From: Paraspadella gotoi
Lineage: Eukaryota; Animalia; Chaetognatha
NCBI GenBank assembly: GCA_051294375.1
Contig: CM119270.1
Span: forward strand, 18,485,382 to 18,549,381
Direction of reading: 5' to 3'
DNA: 64,000 bases
The first letter of the stretch is position 1, and each line of letters begins with the position of its first letter. Of the stretch, positions 34,403 through 61,822 are shown in pieces. A model generated the notes under the pieces. It saw only the letters and a program-made list of their open reading frames with translations. It was not told the DNA's origin and made no database searches. Position numbers and translations under genes: made by a program.

Positions 34403-35394
34403 AGGGAGAAGTATTCGGGTTCTGGTGTTTGGAGCGCCAATTGGCAAAAAAACAGTTTGGGCTTCTTTTTCAGTTTTCAAAAAAAAAAAAAGGGGGCGAG
34501 CCGGGGCAGGGGCAGCGCAACTATTGCCGCCGGGTTGTCGTGTTAACCGGGACGGTGGACGTAAGGGCGACCGGCGTCGAAGGAGGTCAGACGGAGTTGA
34601 ATCGAGGCGCCGAGGGTCGGCGTGAATCTGGGCACCGGCGGTCGGCGTGAATCTCAGCACCGGCGGTCGACAATTGGAATTACAGAAAAACTATGACTTG
34701 AGAATCCGGTTTGTTTTGATTTTTCTAAAAGACCAGTGAAAGATGAACGAGTTCGTTTGACGAGACGTTTTCCCGTCGAAAGTTGTAAGACGATGGCGAA
34801 TGAGAGAAACGTCGCGTTTTGCCAACAAATAGTCAATGGTTATTTGTCAATATGGTTGTGCAGCAAATGATCCGTCGTTTCGTCGAGCTAAGGGTTTTTG
34901 CCGGAAGGTTAAAGGCTGGAGACTGGAGGCTGAGCGGAAGCGTAACGCATCAAGAGGAAAAAAGGCGTCGGGGGTTTGGAACCGGGACGGGGGAGGCTGA
35001 AGACGACCGCGGGGGTGGAACCGCGCGGGCGTCATCGGCGGAAGATATCGAGGCACGCGTTTATTTTGCCAGCGTCTCGAATAAGAAATGGTCGAGAGAT
35101 GTAATGTGTGTGTGGAGAGAGAGAGAGAGAGAGAGACGATATTCAGTCTTTGTGATTACCGAGCAAGTTGTGGGTATAGAAAGCTCGAATTCGATTGTTT
35201 ATGCGAAAGAGACGAAGGAGAGATTCAATTCCACTCGTCTCTCTCCTCTCTCTCTATCTCTCTCTCTAAATTCTCTCTCTCGTCTTCTCCTGAGAGAGTG
35301 TGGGAGAAGAAATACGAGACCGGGGAGACGCAAAAAAATCAAGAATACAAAATGAAAAAAAAACTACAAGACGCGGGTGGAATGGAACTCGCGT

Positions 35395-35479
<85 letters not shown>

Positions 35480-35591
35480 CTCGACTCGGGGCAATTTTCG
35501 ACCAACACACGCAGATGGGAATCGCTCAACCGATCGGAACTCCGTGAAAAGCCCGCGCATACAACATCCGGTGATTGAGAGAGAGAAGAGA

Positions 35592-35657
<66 letters not shown>

Positions 35658-37174
35658 GGAATTACCTCTCTCTCCGGAATCAAGGGCAGCGACTTTTCCT
35701 CCTCCTCCTCCTCCTCCTTCCTCCCTCTTCATCCTCCTCCCCTCTAATAATCGCTATCCTTTCACGATGTATCGATCTCGGTTCGGGATCACGACCTTTC
35801 ATTTCTTTCTTTTTTTTTTCTTTCACTGAAACCGAAATGGAGCGAAGAGAAATCCCAATGAAAAAAAAAGACGTTGAAGCGAAACCGTCGAAGCCGCCGC
35901 TGCAGCCGCCGCCGCCGCAACCGACGCCGCCGACAATATTAAGTCTTTGCGATTCCCAGTTTTTCAAAGGGAGGGAACGCCGTTTGATCCCGGGAAGTGA
36001 GCAAAGTAATTTTGTTTGCTGACAACGTTACTGGAGCGTAACCACAGCAATAAAAGCACCACCAATGGCGCTGAGCCAAGAATAGAATAGTTTCGGTCAT
36101 TACAGAATCAAATTAAGAAATAGTTACAACCAATATTTTATTGGTTTTCTCAAACAAAACCGCCTAAAAATATTTAAAAAAATGACTTCAACCATTAAAT
36201 TTGCAGTCGCGAGACGGCGAACTAGAACTTTGAAAGAGAGACCGACCTCAGCGATACAGCGCCGCCGCCGCCGCCGCCGCCGCCGTCCTCCGCCGAAATG
36301 ACCTCATCCATCAACCGACGCGAAATAGACCGTCAACTTTACCTTCGACTGTCAAAAGAAAACAACAACAACGAAAAGGTCAGAAGATGAAGATCTCTAC
36401 CAAGAAGGGACATCGAAGAATCATCATTTACTGTTTACATTAAATTGTGGCCGAGTAATTTTCCCACGAACATCCACTATCATTACTATGGCATCGTAAG
36501 CAGTGACCAGGCGGTTTTAATCTTACCGCCACACAACTTATTTTTCACATTAATTCTAAAAAATTCAAATGAGATCAGTTTCATTATAAAATTGTTACCC
36601 AGATTTTGTACAAACAGAGATTTGTTAAAAAAAATAACTCTCTAAACTTCACCACCAAAAATGAAAAGGGTGGAACCTTTCAGCCTAAAAACTTTCAATT
36701 TCTTCGAAAAAACAAAATCTCGTTTTTCACTGTCGTCGGATTCGAAGAAATCAGAGACGTCACGTGAGACGTCACGTGAACTCACGTTTCGTCACGCGAC
36801 GTTCCCAGGGGTGAATGGGGTGAACAAAGAAGAGAGAGAATGGGTCCCTGCTGCTTTTGGGTCCTCGGGACTAAGGAGTGAAATCGTTATATCTGGATCC
36901 AGGATGTCGTTTGAATATTTTCTCGAATTGAACAAATGTAAACTGAAAAAAGTAAAGAGAAATAAATATTTCGATAGAGAAGATAATTTATTCAGTTTTA
37001 AATGATAGATATTGATTCAGATAATTTAAAGTTTTACAGATTTAGATTTATAGCACAAATTTCGTCTTTGGAGGAGGATCGCTCCACGATTCCACGTATT
37101 ACCAGGAAGACTCTGAGATAAAAGAACAAAGAAAAAATTAGAGGAAATTAAAAGAAAAAAATGGAAAGAAACGA

Positions 37175-37422
37175 AAAAGGAAGGAAGGAAAGAAGGAAGG
37201 AAGCAAGGAAGGAAGGAGGGAAGGAAGGAAGAAGGAAGGAAGGTAGGTAGGAAGGAAGGAAGGAAGTAATGAAGGAAGGAAGGAATTAAGGAAGGAAGGA
37301 AGGAAGGAAGGAAGGAATTAAGGAAGGAAGGAAGGAAGGAAGGAAGGAAGGAAGGAAGGAAGGAATAAGGAAGGAAGGAAGGAAGGAAGGAAGGAAGGAA
37401 GGAAGGAAAGAAGGAAGGAAGA
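37175..37422. repeat. (GAAG)n microsatellite
   Basis: Direct inspection. Confidence 0.95.
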
Positions 37423-39113
37423 AAGATTTGAATTAGAGCAGAATGAAGGAAAACTGAGAAATCGACATCGTCGGTTGTCACTCAGACTCAAAGTTAAGGT
37501 AAATAAAAGTCGGAACTTTTCTTTCTCACGAGGGCGAGCAACTAAAGAAGGAAAGATGCGAAATTCGAAAAAGAAAAATTGATTTTTTAAAACAATTTTC
37601 TTTTCCTCTTTACGCTCAACCGACTGCTGATAATATCGCCCAATAAAAACGGGGGGAAAATCTCTGCTTTCCCTTCTCAGTCTTCTGTTCGTTCGCCTTT
37701 CCTTGCCATCTCAGTTTCCGGTTTCCATGAGAAAATAAAATCCAAAAAAAGAATCGAAACTGTAATTTTTTTTATCCCGATCGGCTTTGGTGAATTGTCG
37801 TTGCATCGAGATTACCAATCGGCAAATCTCAATTGGCATTCCTCGTCGTCTTGCGTCATCGAACGCAAGAAAAGCAATCGATAGAAAACGTTATTGATTT
37901 GCATATATCGTCTTAGCTGAAATGAATTCTCTTTCTCGAACCCACTTAGAGTTAGACTAAACATATAATATACATATAGTTTTAATTATATATATATTTA
38001 CTCTCTCACAGACAAGTTCATTAACTCCCAAAGTACCAGGCTATATTGCTATATTAGCATTTGCCTTCTCTTAACATTCAACAATCAATCCAAAGGGAAA
38101 AAAAGGATAATAATTACAACTAATAATATATTGGTTGTACCAATTTCATATAATATTAATAATACTAATATTATAATTATTATATAATAATACTAATATT
38201 ATATAATATCCTTCCCCTTCTTTCGTCTTTTCTCTTTCCAGCTGTTTCTCATTCACCGAGAGGCGTTGCCCGCGTCTCACTCGCCAGGTGTTCACGCTGC
38301 AGGCGCGATTCACTTCCCGGTAGAACACGCAGCCCTCCAGCGGTTAAAAGGGTGCGTGACCTTTTTCGAGCCTTTCTGACGGAGAAAGCGTGAGACGTGA
38401 GTTCAAAAAGAAAAGATCAAAATGTAGAAGTGAATTTTTATCTGGGGAAACCACGATATTTTTTAATTAGTATATTTAACATACTATTTCCTTTTAAACG
38501 AAATACGTAATTGAATCCCACACAACAACGAGGAAGCAATCGACTCAGGTGGTCACATTTATAGTCTATAGTCTCCTCCACCGAATCGCATCTGGACACC
38601 GACACAAAGTAAACGTCAGACAAAGTGGCCGGTGAGACCACCTGCAGAATTGATTGATTGAAGGCATAACCCACGACGGATCTGCTAATCAAATTTCTCA
38701 ACGCGCGTGACCAGCATAACGGCGAAAGGTCACCCGAGAAGTTAAACATTTGGGCTTTTTTTGCATTAATTAATTTAATATTTGCCAAATGATTGAGTTA
38801 AAAAGAAAATCGTAAAAATCCGTGGGTTAAAAGCTGTGATTATCGGTTTTCTCGACCTGCTTATTCCAGTCTCTTTTTTATCTTTACGCCCATCTTTTCC
38901 CTTTCCTCAGTCTCATCCATTCCCACCATAGTCTCTTCCACAGTATCTTCCCATCTCCTCCTCTCTTTTTCCCATCACCACCTCCGTCTCTTCCACCCTC
39001 CCTGCCCCTCTTCTCTTCCAACACGCGCCCACAGTCGGCGACGGAATATGCGAATTTAAAAGTCGGCCGCCCTCGCGGACGACCGAGATTTGCAAGGGTA
39101 AAACATTTTCATT

Positions 39114-39206
<93 letters not shown>

Positions 39207-39641
39207 GATCAAGAAATTTCCTCCAAAGTGAGCGCTCTCTCTCTATCAAGGCTTTCTTTTCGAGCGGCCCAGTTTTTTTTCCTCTCTCGTCTCTGGCTCC
39301 TCGGTAATTTCCCGAGAGGTTTTTTTTTCTTTTTTCTTTCCTTTTTATTTAAAGTCGCGGTTTTTCGATTAAAATTTTCTCGAACCCGGGACTCTTTACC
39401 CCTTCACCGCTCCCCACCACCCCCACCATCGCTTTTTTCACCCATGTTGCATCTGAGTCTCTGTCTCGTCGTCCGTCTCTCCTTTTTTTAAAAAAACATT
39501 TTTAACAAGAACCGGCAAGTTCAAGGTGTTGCGCCGCAGTAACTTTCATTTGTGAACGCATTTCCAGATGGACTAGTGACTACACAAGTAAGAAATATAT
39601 GTACGAGAATTTTATAAAGAAAAAGAATTAAATAACACATT

Positions 39642-39752
39642 ATCTTGTAAGAGTGATGGAGGCCTTAAACCTCCAAAGCCTGTCCAAAGTCAGGGGTAAG
39701 ATAGCTTATTTATTCAATGAATGGATAATTTTTATATTGGTCATACTAATTT
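39642..39752 (-). repeat. dispersed repeat fragment, inverted homolog of ~26940-27057 and ~23040-23152
   Basis: GTGATGGAGGCCTTAAACC.CCAAAGCCTGTCCAAAGTCAGGG..AAGATAGCTTATTTAT matches the reverse complement of the duplicated block. Confidence 0.75.
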
Positions 39753-40169
39753 CACATAATACAGAGGGTAATTTTTTACTTTCTAAACATGTCACCGTAG
39801 TTCTGCTTGGTTATGTAACATTTTGTATAAAAGTATAAAACCCATTGATACCTTACCAGTTTACCAAGTATTTCATTATTCAGTGTGCCGGATTGAATTT
39901 ATGGTCTTAAGATCGTTTTTTTTAAGTAATGACGGTAGGGCAGAGAGGATATAAAGAAACCAAAAGTGCTATTTCTGTAATCAATAAAATCTTAAATTAT
40001 ATCCACAAGACTTAAAGTAGTAGATCAGCAAAATCCGATCAAAGCAGGTTTCAAAAATGGCACTTTTTTGTTTCTTTCACATCGTCTCTGCCCTGCCGTG
40101 TGATAACCAATTATGAACCTCATAGATTCTGTATTACCCGAGTTATAAGCAATTAAAATATAAGTGGGA

Positions 40170-40250
40170 TAGATTGACAGAGAGACCGACCGACCGAAAA
40201 GTGACAAATAGATTCGCCCGACTTGTACTCGCGTCGCAACTAAAAACGAA
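40170..40250 (-). mobile_element. HINE/DINE-1-like relic related to 4224-4335
   Basis: Minus strand reads TTTTTAGTTGCGACGCGAG...TCTATTTGTCACTTTTCGGTCGGTCGGTC. Confidence 0.45.
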
Positions 40251-41242
40251 GGAAATTTCATTTTAGATTATCGGTTCCTCGATTTCGACTCAATTTTCAT
40301 GAATTAGATTTTTTGACACATTTTTTTTTATTCCTCCAGACCAGACGCGCGATGAAGAATGAATTTTTCAGGAATTTTAAAATTTAGACTCACTGGATTT
40401 TACGTAACAACTCTTAGTCCTCTTACCACCACTGTTACCAGTGTTTTAATCACTAAATACCATTGAAATTCTTTCTTAGCAAATCTCATTCCAGCCGCTT
40501 AATTTAATTCTACTGAAGTAAATTACCTGATTCGATTATAATTTTAATTATAATTAAGCCAAGCCTCACAAAATCTCCGAAGCTCCAAAAATTCGCGCAT
40601 GAATAATTCCTGGTTTTAAATTTATCTCAGCTAACGATCGTCATTAGATTTAGAATCCTACTAAAAATCCCGGAAACGGAAATATTTTTTTCTCTCTAAA
40701 AACAAAACATACGAAATTAAAAAAAACGGGAAAAAAATATATCCTGAGAGGACGTTAGTATTGTCCAATGTCACGCGATTATAAAAAAAAACTAGAAAAC
40801 TAGACAGAACCGCCTCTCGAAAACAAAAAAGAAATAAAAAAACAAACGAACAAAAAACGAACAAACGAACAACAATAAAGACGAGCAGAACTGTTAGTTT
40901 TTTTTTTCCGCAACGTTTACACCGAGCGGAAGAAGGAAGATAAAACGTCCAGTTGACAACAACAATTTAGAAAAAGAGAGACAAAAAAAAAAGAAGAGAT
41001 AGGAGAAAAGAGAGGAAAAAAAATCCGATAGATAAGTCGACACAGAGAAGACGACGACGAAGACACGTTGAAAAAACAAGATGTTATCTCCGCGGCGACG
41101 TCACGCCTCGACGAGAATCCAACGCGAGAAGAAAAAGAAAAGAAACGGAGGAGAAAAAACTTTCTTCTGTTCTTTTTTTTTTTTTTTAATTTTGAGATTT
41201 TATTGCCGGAAGAAACATGGAGCGAACAGGAAAGAAACTTTT

Positions 41243-41337
<95 letters not shown>

Positions 41338-41666
41338 GCGGCGGAGTATCATAATCCGAGATTGAGTCGAAAAAGGAAAAAAAACCCGGTTGGGTGAATG
41401 AATGAATTCGTCGACGACGACGACGACGACGACGACGATTAGCAGGTGTCCCGGAGAACGGAGGCCAGGGAAACGCGCGGCCGCCACACGCCACGCACGC
41501 GAGAAAAGTGAAAGCCAGACGCGAGATGAGAGAGGGAGTGAGAGAGGGAGAGCGAGAGACAAACAGAGAGAGAAGTGGAGAGAAAGAGAGAGAGGACTCA
41601 CATACGCGCGCGTCCGTGCATATACCGCGCGAGACGACGACGCCGCCGCGCCTTCCGAGAGAGATG

Positions 41667-41729
<63 letters not shown>

Positions 41730-42597
41730 TGAAACGAGGAGGAAAATCGTCTAGTGATGGAGAGAAAAGGAGAGAGGGAAACCCAAAAAAATTTTTTCTC
41801 CCTGGTTCTAGAAAAACAACGGCCACATTGGGAGCGCAGAGGATGAAGAGAGGGGGTGGAATTTCCTTTAAAAAATAATCGGGTCTCGGGATGAGATCTT
41901 TAATTTTTAATCCACGCGCCACGTGGCTCGAGAGATTATAATTAACGACTAATGATTTTGAGGCAAACTGGGGATAAGTTGATGACACAATCTACCAATG
42001 TATAAGAATGTTCCAAAAGCCAATCATAATAAGTAAATAATAAATATCTTCAATGAGTTAATTCCAGATATATCTTGGCAATTTGCTTTACAGATTGCCC
42101 TCTCGCCTTATTTGATAAATCAGGTAAGTCTTTTATTGCAACTTTGCAACTCCAGATATGAAGTTCAAAAATGCAATTTAAAAAAAAAAAATCCACAAAA
42201 CCCTCGTCAGTTGTCCCACAAACATTCAACCATTCCATGATCCCGTCGATGCTCTCTTGTTTTCAATTTCAATTCCACCTTAAACTTTCTTCCTTTCCAG
42301 TAGAAGAAAATCCGATCGGAGAAGGGAAGGGAAAAATCTCCAGGGTAACCGGGGACAACAACCGAAGCGGAGAGATTTTGAATGCGGAGTTCGGAGTAAA
42401 TAAAAAGTTCAAATCCGAGAAAGACATGGGGTAGAAAAAACGGGGAAAGGATTGAAAGTCTTTTAATGACTAAATCTATCTGTCTTATGGAATGAAAATA
42501 TTTTAATTGAGGTAACATTTCATTTATTTTTACTAACGATTTCCTAACTCATATCCATAATAATTTTTATCCTTGCCCTTCCTAAAACAAAGAAACG

Positions 42598-44621
42598 ATG
42601 GCATCGGTGACGCTACCACCCATCAGCCCAAACGGCGGCGGCGGCCCAACCGCCCAGAAACCGCTGGTCCGACGCCAAGGGAGCGGCAAGGCGGGCCTCA
42701 AGTCCTCGGCGTCGTCGTCTTCCTCCGGAGGGAGTCCCGACCGCACTCTCTCTCAGCGCGGCCTCCGAGACATCATGGACGAATCGGCGGCGGAGAGTTC
42801 GGAGGAAAAACGCGGCCGGCGCCATCCCCGCGTCTCTTGGGGCGCGAGGGAGGTGGGCAAGGGGGCGCCGCCCGTCGGCACGCCGCTTCTGCGCAAGCGC
42901 GACCGGGAGTTACTGGCCAAGAAGGAAACGTTGAGAGTTTCGCAACCGACGCTGACCAGGCTGGACACGGCCAAGTACCGCAACTCTTACAAGCACAACC
43001 TCTGTTTGGAAATGCTGCAAGAAGGCATGCACAAATCCTTCGCCGAGATCGTTAATCTCATGAAGAAGCAACAGGAGGCGAGGGAGAAGGCGGGGCCCGA
43101 CAGCGCGCTGTGGATGCAGCCGCTGCTTGAGGAGGAGCACAGAAAGTTGGATCAGCTGCGGGCCTGTCTGACGCAAGCGGAACTGGCTCGGAGAAGAGGT
43201 CTCTACGAAGAGGTCTACGCGGCGCAGTTCGAGCTGGCCTGCTTCTTCCAAAGCGTGGAAGATCGCTGGCTGGCCGACCACTTCTTCGAGGCGAGCCTGA
43301 ACACGGCCTACAAGATCCCGGGGGACAAATCGCGCAAAAAGGCCGAGGCCCACCGCAATCTGGGGCTAAGCTTGGAGCACGGGGACGACCCGACGAAAGC
43401 GGCCGAACATCTCGAGGCTTTTCACGAACTCTGCAAGGACAAAAACTGGACGGACAGAGAGGGAATGCCGTACGTGCGGTCGGCGTGCAAACATCTCTGC
43501 AGAATCTACACCACTATCGCCACCGAAGCCGCCTTTAGCAAAGAAGAAGAGAACGAGGAGGGAGATCCCGACGCCAAAGCGATCGTCCATTTTATTCGTG
43601 CGCACGAGTTCGCCTGTCGGAGCGGAGATCGAGAGACGGAGGGCGGGGCCAGCTACAGACTCGGCCTGGCCTATGAACGGCTGGAGGAGCACGAAACGGC
43701 CGCCGAGTTTTTGAAGACCTATCTTCACATCTGCCAGGCGACCGAGGACGAGACGGGCACCGGGCGGGCGTTGGAGGCGCTGGCACGGTGTTGCGAGGCT
43801 TTGGGACAGATGGACGAGACCATCGACTATTTGAAGCGGTTCGCCGAAGTGGCCCTTCGGACCAAGCAGGAGGCCGCATACTCGAGGGCGTGCAGCCTCC
43901 TCAGCACAGTCTACAACTCGTTGGGCAGAAAGCAATCAATGGGAGATCTGGAGCAATCCGAAGAGCACTTCAGCCGGGCCTACAACACGGCCAAGAGCAG
44001 GAACGACCCTCTGGCCGTGCAAGCCGCGCGGACTCAGTACGGAGTCTCGTGCGGACAGAAGTTGATGGAGAACTTTGCTCGCATCGTAGGCGCACGGGAC
44101 GGGCGGAGAGAGGCCGCCGCTCTGGTGGAGTGGAAGAATGATAGGTATGATGAGTTTATGTCCTACAGGTACGAGTCTGAAAGCTTCGTACATTTGATTT
44201 TGTATTTGGAACAACAAATTTGGCAAGATTTAAAAAAAGTCATATTGTAGTTACCTATGACATAAGAACCCATTCCTACTACATGCGCCACATCATACAC
44301 TTGTTTTTAAATAAATATGAATAGAAAATAGTTCAGACCCTGCTAATTCTAATCTTTTCATAACCGATTATAAATCTCTCCACTCAATCGCCCAGGTATG
44401 TGGAACGAAAGATGGCTGAGGAACTGGCGGAGGGGAAGCCCGTCTCGACGACGGTGAAGAAGTCCGTCGAGGCGGAGGTCGTCAAAGATGTGGAAGGAAA
44501 TCGATTCGACGACTTCATGAACGACTGGACAATGCAGGAGGATCCTCTTTTCGAGGGCGAAGGAACTCTCAAGCATCTCATCAACATGAGCTTCGCTCCG
44601 TTTCAACAGGAACATTCATGA
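42598..44621 (+). CDS. TTC29: tetratricopeptide repeat protein 29 (sperm flagellar TPR protein); join(42598..44168,44396..44621)
   Basis: YRNSYKHNLCLEMLQEGMHKSFAEI...LWMQPLLEEEHRKLDQL...LACFFQSVEDRWLADHFFE matches the TTC29 N-terminal signature and is followed by TPRs. Donor TACAG|gtacga (44168) and acceptor cccag|G (44396) join in frame to YVERKMAEE...QQEHS*. Confidence 0.88.
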
Positions 44622-45080
44622 TTTCTTTCGTTTGGGGACGTGGAACATGCATGACGGCTTTTTTCCCCCATTGCCTTTTTTTTATATTATTTTAAACAAT
44701 GTACATTTGTTCCCTCGTGCAAAATTCGGAAATAAAAACACATTGGTTTATTAACCCACAACAAACAATTAAATTCTTGGTTATTATCGAGTTGTAGGAT
44801 TTTCTTCCCTACTATGGAGCAATTAACCGGGTAATTAGGCTTGGTAATCGCTTTAATCGTGAATTGTGATATAGTAGTGTTTGAACAAAAAAACAAAACA
44901 AAAAAAAAATTCCTCGGCGTCATATCGAAATCGAAGCCAATCTCGTTCCGGTTTTTATTTTTTTTTCTTCCCTCGTGGATTCTCAGCAAAAACCCGAAGA
45001 AACAACACTCGCCTACCATCGACGGCTTACATAGAGCCAGTATCGAAATAAAACTCGATTTTTTTTTCGGCTCGAATATT

Positions 45081-45111
<31 letters not shown>

Positions 45112-45168
45112 CACGGAGCGACCGATTCCCTCTGCGCTCGCGGGAGAAATGAGAGAAGAGGAGGCGTC

Positions 45169-48674
<3,506 letters not shown>

Positions 48675-50421
48675 ACACTCCGCATTCCCGGCGCGGGGAA
48701 AGGAACAACTCGGAGGATATACACTGTTATCGAAACTTGTTCCTTGGCGGGCCTGTGGCGGGAAAATGAACTCTCCTTGGCGGGCCCATCGCTGGCCCAG
48801 CGTGGGGAGGTAACCTCTCCTTGACGGGCCCGGAGCAGGGAAATGAACTCTCCTGGGCGGGCCCAACTTGGGGAATAGGGGCGATGGTGAGGGAAGGCCG
48901 GAACGACTAACCGGATTCAGTCTCGAGAGACGAACGAACGGAAGGAAAAGATAATTTTTAAGAAACTTAAATTGCGGAAATCTCGAGAAGTGACGCGTCA
49001 ATTGCATCTTGACAAATTTCTTGAGATATCCGTGCCGTTTGACGCAACTTGACCCTCCACCCACACAGGAACAACAACAACAACAACAACAACAACAACG
49101 TTGACTATCACCAAGCGGTAGAGAGCTTCTCTGTTTGTCTCTATGTCACCGAATAAACAGTCATTGGAAGAAGATTTTTTTTATTGAAGTTACGAGATAG
49201 CTTAGTTATGGCTACTTAACTGCGTCCCTGGGGAAATTGAAGAATAAAGGCGCTCATTCGAAAAATTCCAACATCGTTCAATTTTATTTTTCCAATAAAT
49301 AAGCATCTAAACAGGAGGGAGGGGAAAAGTATTGCCAACAAGACAGAAAAAGCTCATTTTATTTTATAAAAATAAGCACTTTGAGATTTTAACAAGAGCG
49401 AGATATGCTTAAAATTAAATCTAGATGAAAGAGAAACGCTTTTTCCCTGTATTAAAACGATAAGAATAATAATAATAATCATAATAATAATCAAAGATCC
49501 GTTTTAGTGCGTTGATGGTAAAAGTAATCTATGATCAATTCTTGAAGTGGTGACAGTTTGTTTCCGACTAGTAATGGTTAACTTTGTGGAATGCTTGTTG
49601 GATAAAAATTCTGTTACATAATTATCTATAATATCTATATACATAAGATTCAAACTCCCTTCGTGTAATTATTTTTTTGAGACGTACATATATTGATCTG
49701 AAACGCTTGGAGTTCAAAATTTTAATTGAATAAGACTAGTCAGAGTAGTAAGCAAAGAAGTCATCCTTAATCCCAGTGTTAAAAACTATCAACCGTACGA
49801 AATTATTGTATCCTATCAATACGCGTGAGAAGGTGAGTCTTGATTGTCTGCGACCTTATGCGAAAAAAAAAAAGATACGGTCGCATTTTAGCAACAAATT
49901 AGAGAATCGATATTGTTCTAGTATAAACTTCTAAAAAATTACAAACCATTCTTCAATAATAAATCATCCTATTTTGATGGAATAGTAGTTATTTTTGTTC
50001 ATAATATTTAAAAAAAAAAAACATCATTACCAAGAAAAAAAACCATTGAAACGTACCCGAAAAAAGTTGCGCAATTAATATTTGTGACAATTTAAAAAGA
50101 TAGAATTTATACATCCTAAATAGAGACAGGTTTCAACGGAGATAAGCGTAGATGCAAATAAAAGGTGCATCGGTGTAGAATAAAACAAAAGAACCAGCGC
50201 AAAACACATAAGCCATATATCATCATCTCAAAGTCTCAATTGGGGGGGGGGAGTGTGAAAAGTGGAGAGTGATGGGAAGAGTGAGAGAAGAGGGAGGGGG
50301 TTGGTGTAGGGCGTATAGGGAAAGAGGGGGGTACGGGAAAGAGAGGGAAGATAAGTTTAGTTATAAAAAAGTTCCGACGGAACCGCGGAAACTTGGCGCG
50401 ACGGAGCGCGAAGAAAATAAT

Positions 50422-60503
<10,082 letters not shown>

Positions 60504-61822
60504 CTGCCGAGAGTTCGTGCGGGGAGGGGGGCAGAAAGTGTCCGAAGAGCGGGTCACGTGAACATCGTCATAAATCACGTGAACAACCGAACGTCACGCG
60601 AACGACCCGTCCGTGGGTCACGTGGACGGCGTGAAGGCGAAGGGACGGAGAAATCCCCACGGTTGAGGCATATTCAAGATTTTTTTTTTTTTGTTTCACA
60701 AAAGAAAACGTGCCGAACAGTAAAATGTTTTTTTTTCTTTCGTTTTATTTTTATTGAGAGAGAGAGAGAGAGAGAAAGAAATCTGCAATAACGAAATATC
60801 GTGAGTAAAAAATGTTATTTTATTTTAAAATAAAGTTCTCTCAATAATAAACAGGGTCGAACAGAAGTCAAAAGGCGACGTAAGATTAAGAAGAAAAGAA
60901 AGATCGAAGGCGAAAAATGAAAAATGAGTCGCGGATGGAGAGGGGGGAGCGAGGGACTTTGAAAGGAACATCAGTTGCGGTGGGATGATGTTGAAGCGGG
61001 ATCGTAACCTTTTTAAGATTAGGCTTTTTATTTGATTGAAACTTTTCAGTTTACATAAGAAGCATCGTTTAAATATCGAGAATTTATCATTTGAATTCGC
61101 GACGAGCGAAGCTACCTGAAACTCGAAATTTGAGAAAAAAAAAGCATCGAGGCCGAAATACGAGGCGACGATTCGAAAATGAAAATTTCGAGATTGCATG
61201 ACAAAGTCTGTGACGTGAGGAAAGGAGTCGAGAGATTGCGGTGACAGAAAGAGGTTGGGAACCGCAAAGTGAAGTGAAAATTGGGAAAAGTCAAGTGAAA
61301 AGAGTTAAAACCGAATCATCGGTGAAAACGGAAGAAGTCAAAGAGATGAATTCGTGATAAGTTTGACAAGGGTGAAGAGTGAAGACTATATTTTCATTTT
61401 AAATATAGCATAATAACATCCGTAAACAAAAGAATTGCCAATGAAGAAAGACCGAGTGAGGACTGAAGGAATGTCAAATGAAAAATTTTAAAAACGTCGG
61501 GAATCAAAATCTTTTAAGCCGATGGTTTCGAAAGCAATATAAATCTCAATATTAATCTCACTGGTAATGTTAATTGCAGTCAGACTATGTTCCAGCACAA
61601 AAAATATCAAATTAAATAAAACATTTTGCCCAAATCATATTACCAACCGTTCAACGATACATGCATTCATTTTTTTTTAATTAGGTATTTGAAACATTTA
61701 ACAAATAAAAATAAACAAACAAAAAAAAAGCTTTGAGTACCTCTTTTATATTTGGAAATTGATTGACTAGTAATTCGTGACCTTCAAGCCAAGAAAACCC
61801 TGAGTCGACTTTGGCTTCGAAC

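Noticed and set aside
31740-41988. Many ORFs rich in ER/SL/PSFL repeats
   Set aside because: Translations of (GA)n, (GAAG)n and (TTTC)n microsatellites.
44169-44250. C-terminal tail of the 550 aa ORF (YESESFVHLILYLEQQIWQDLKKVIL)
   Set aside because: More likely intron read-through; an in-frame spliced exon at 44396-44621 has coding-like composition.
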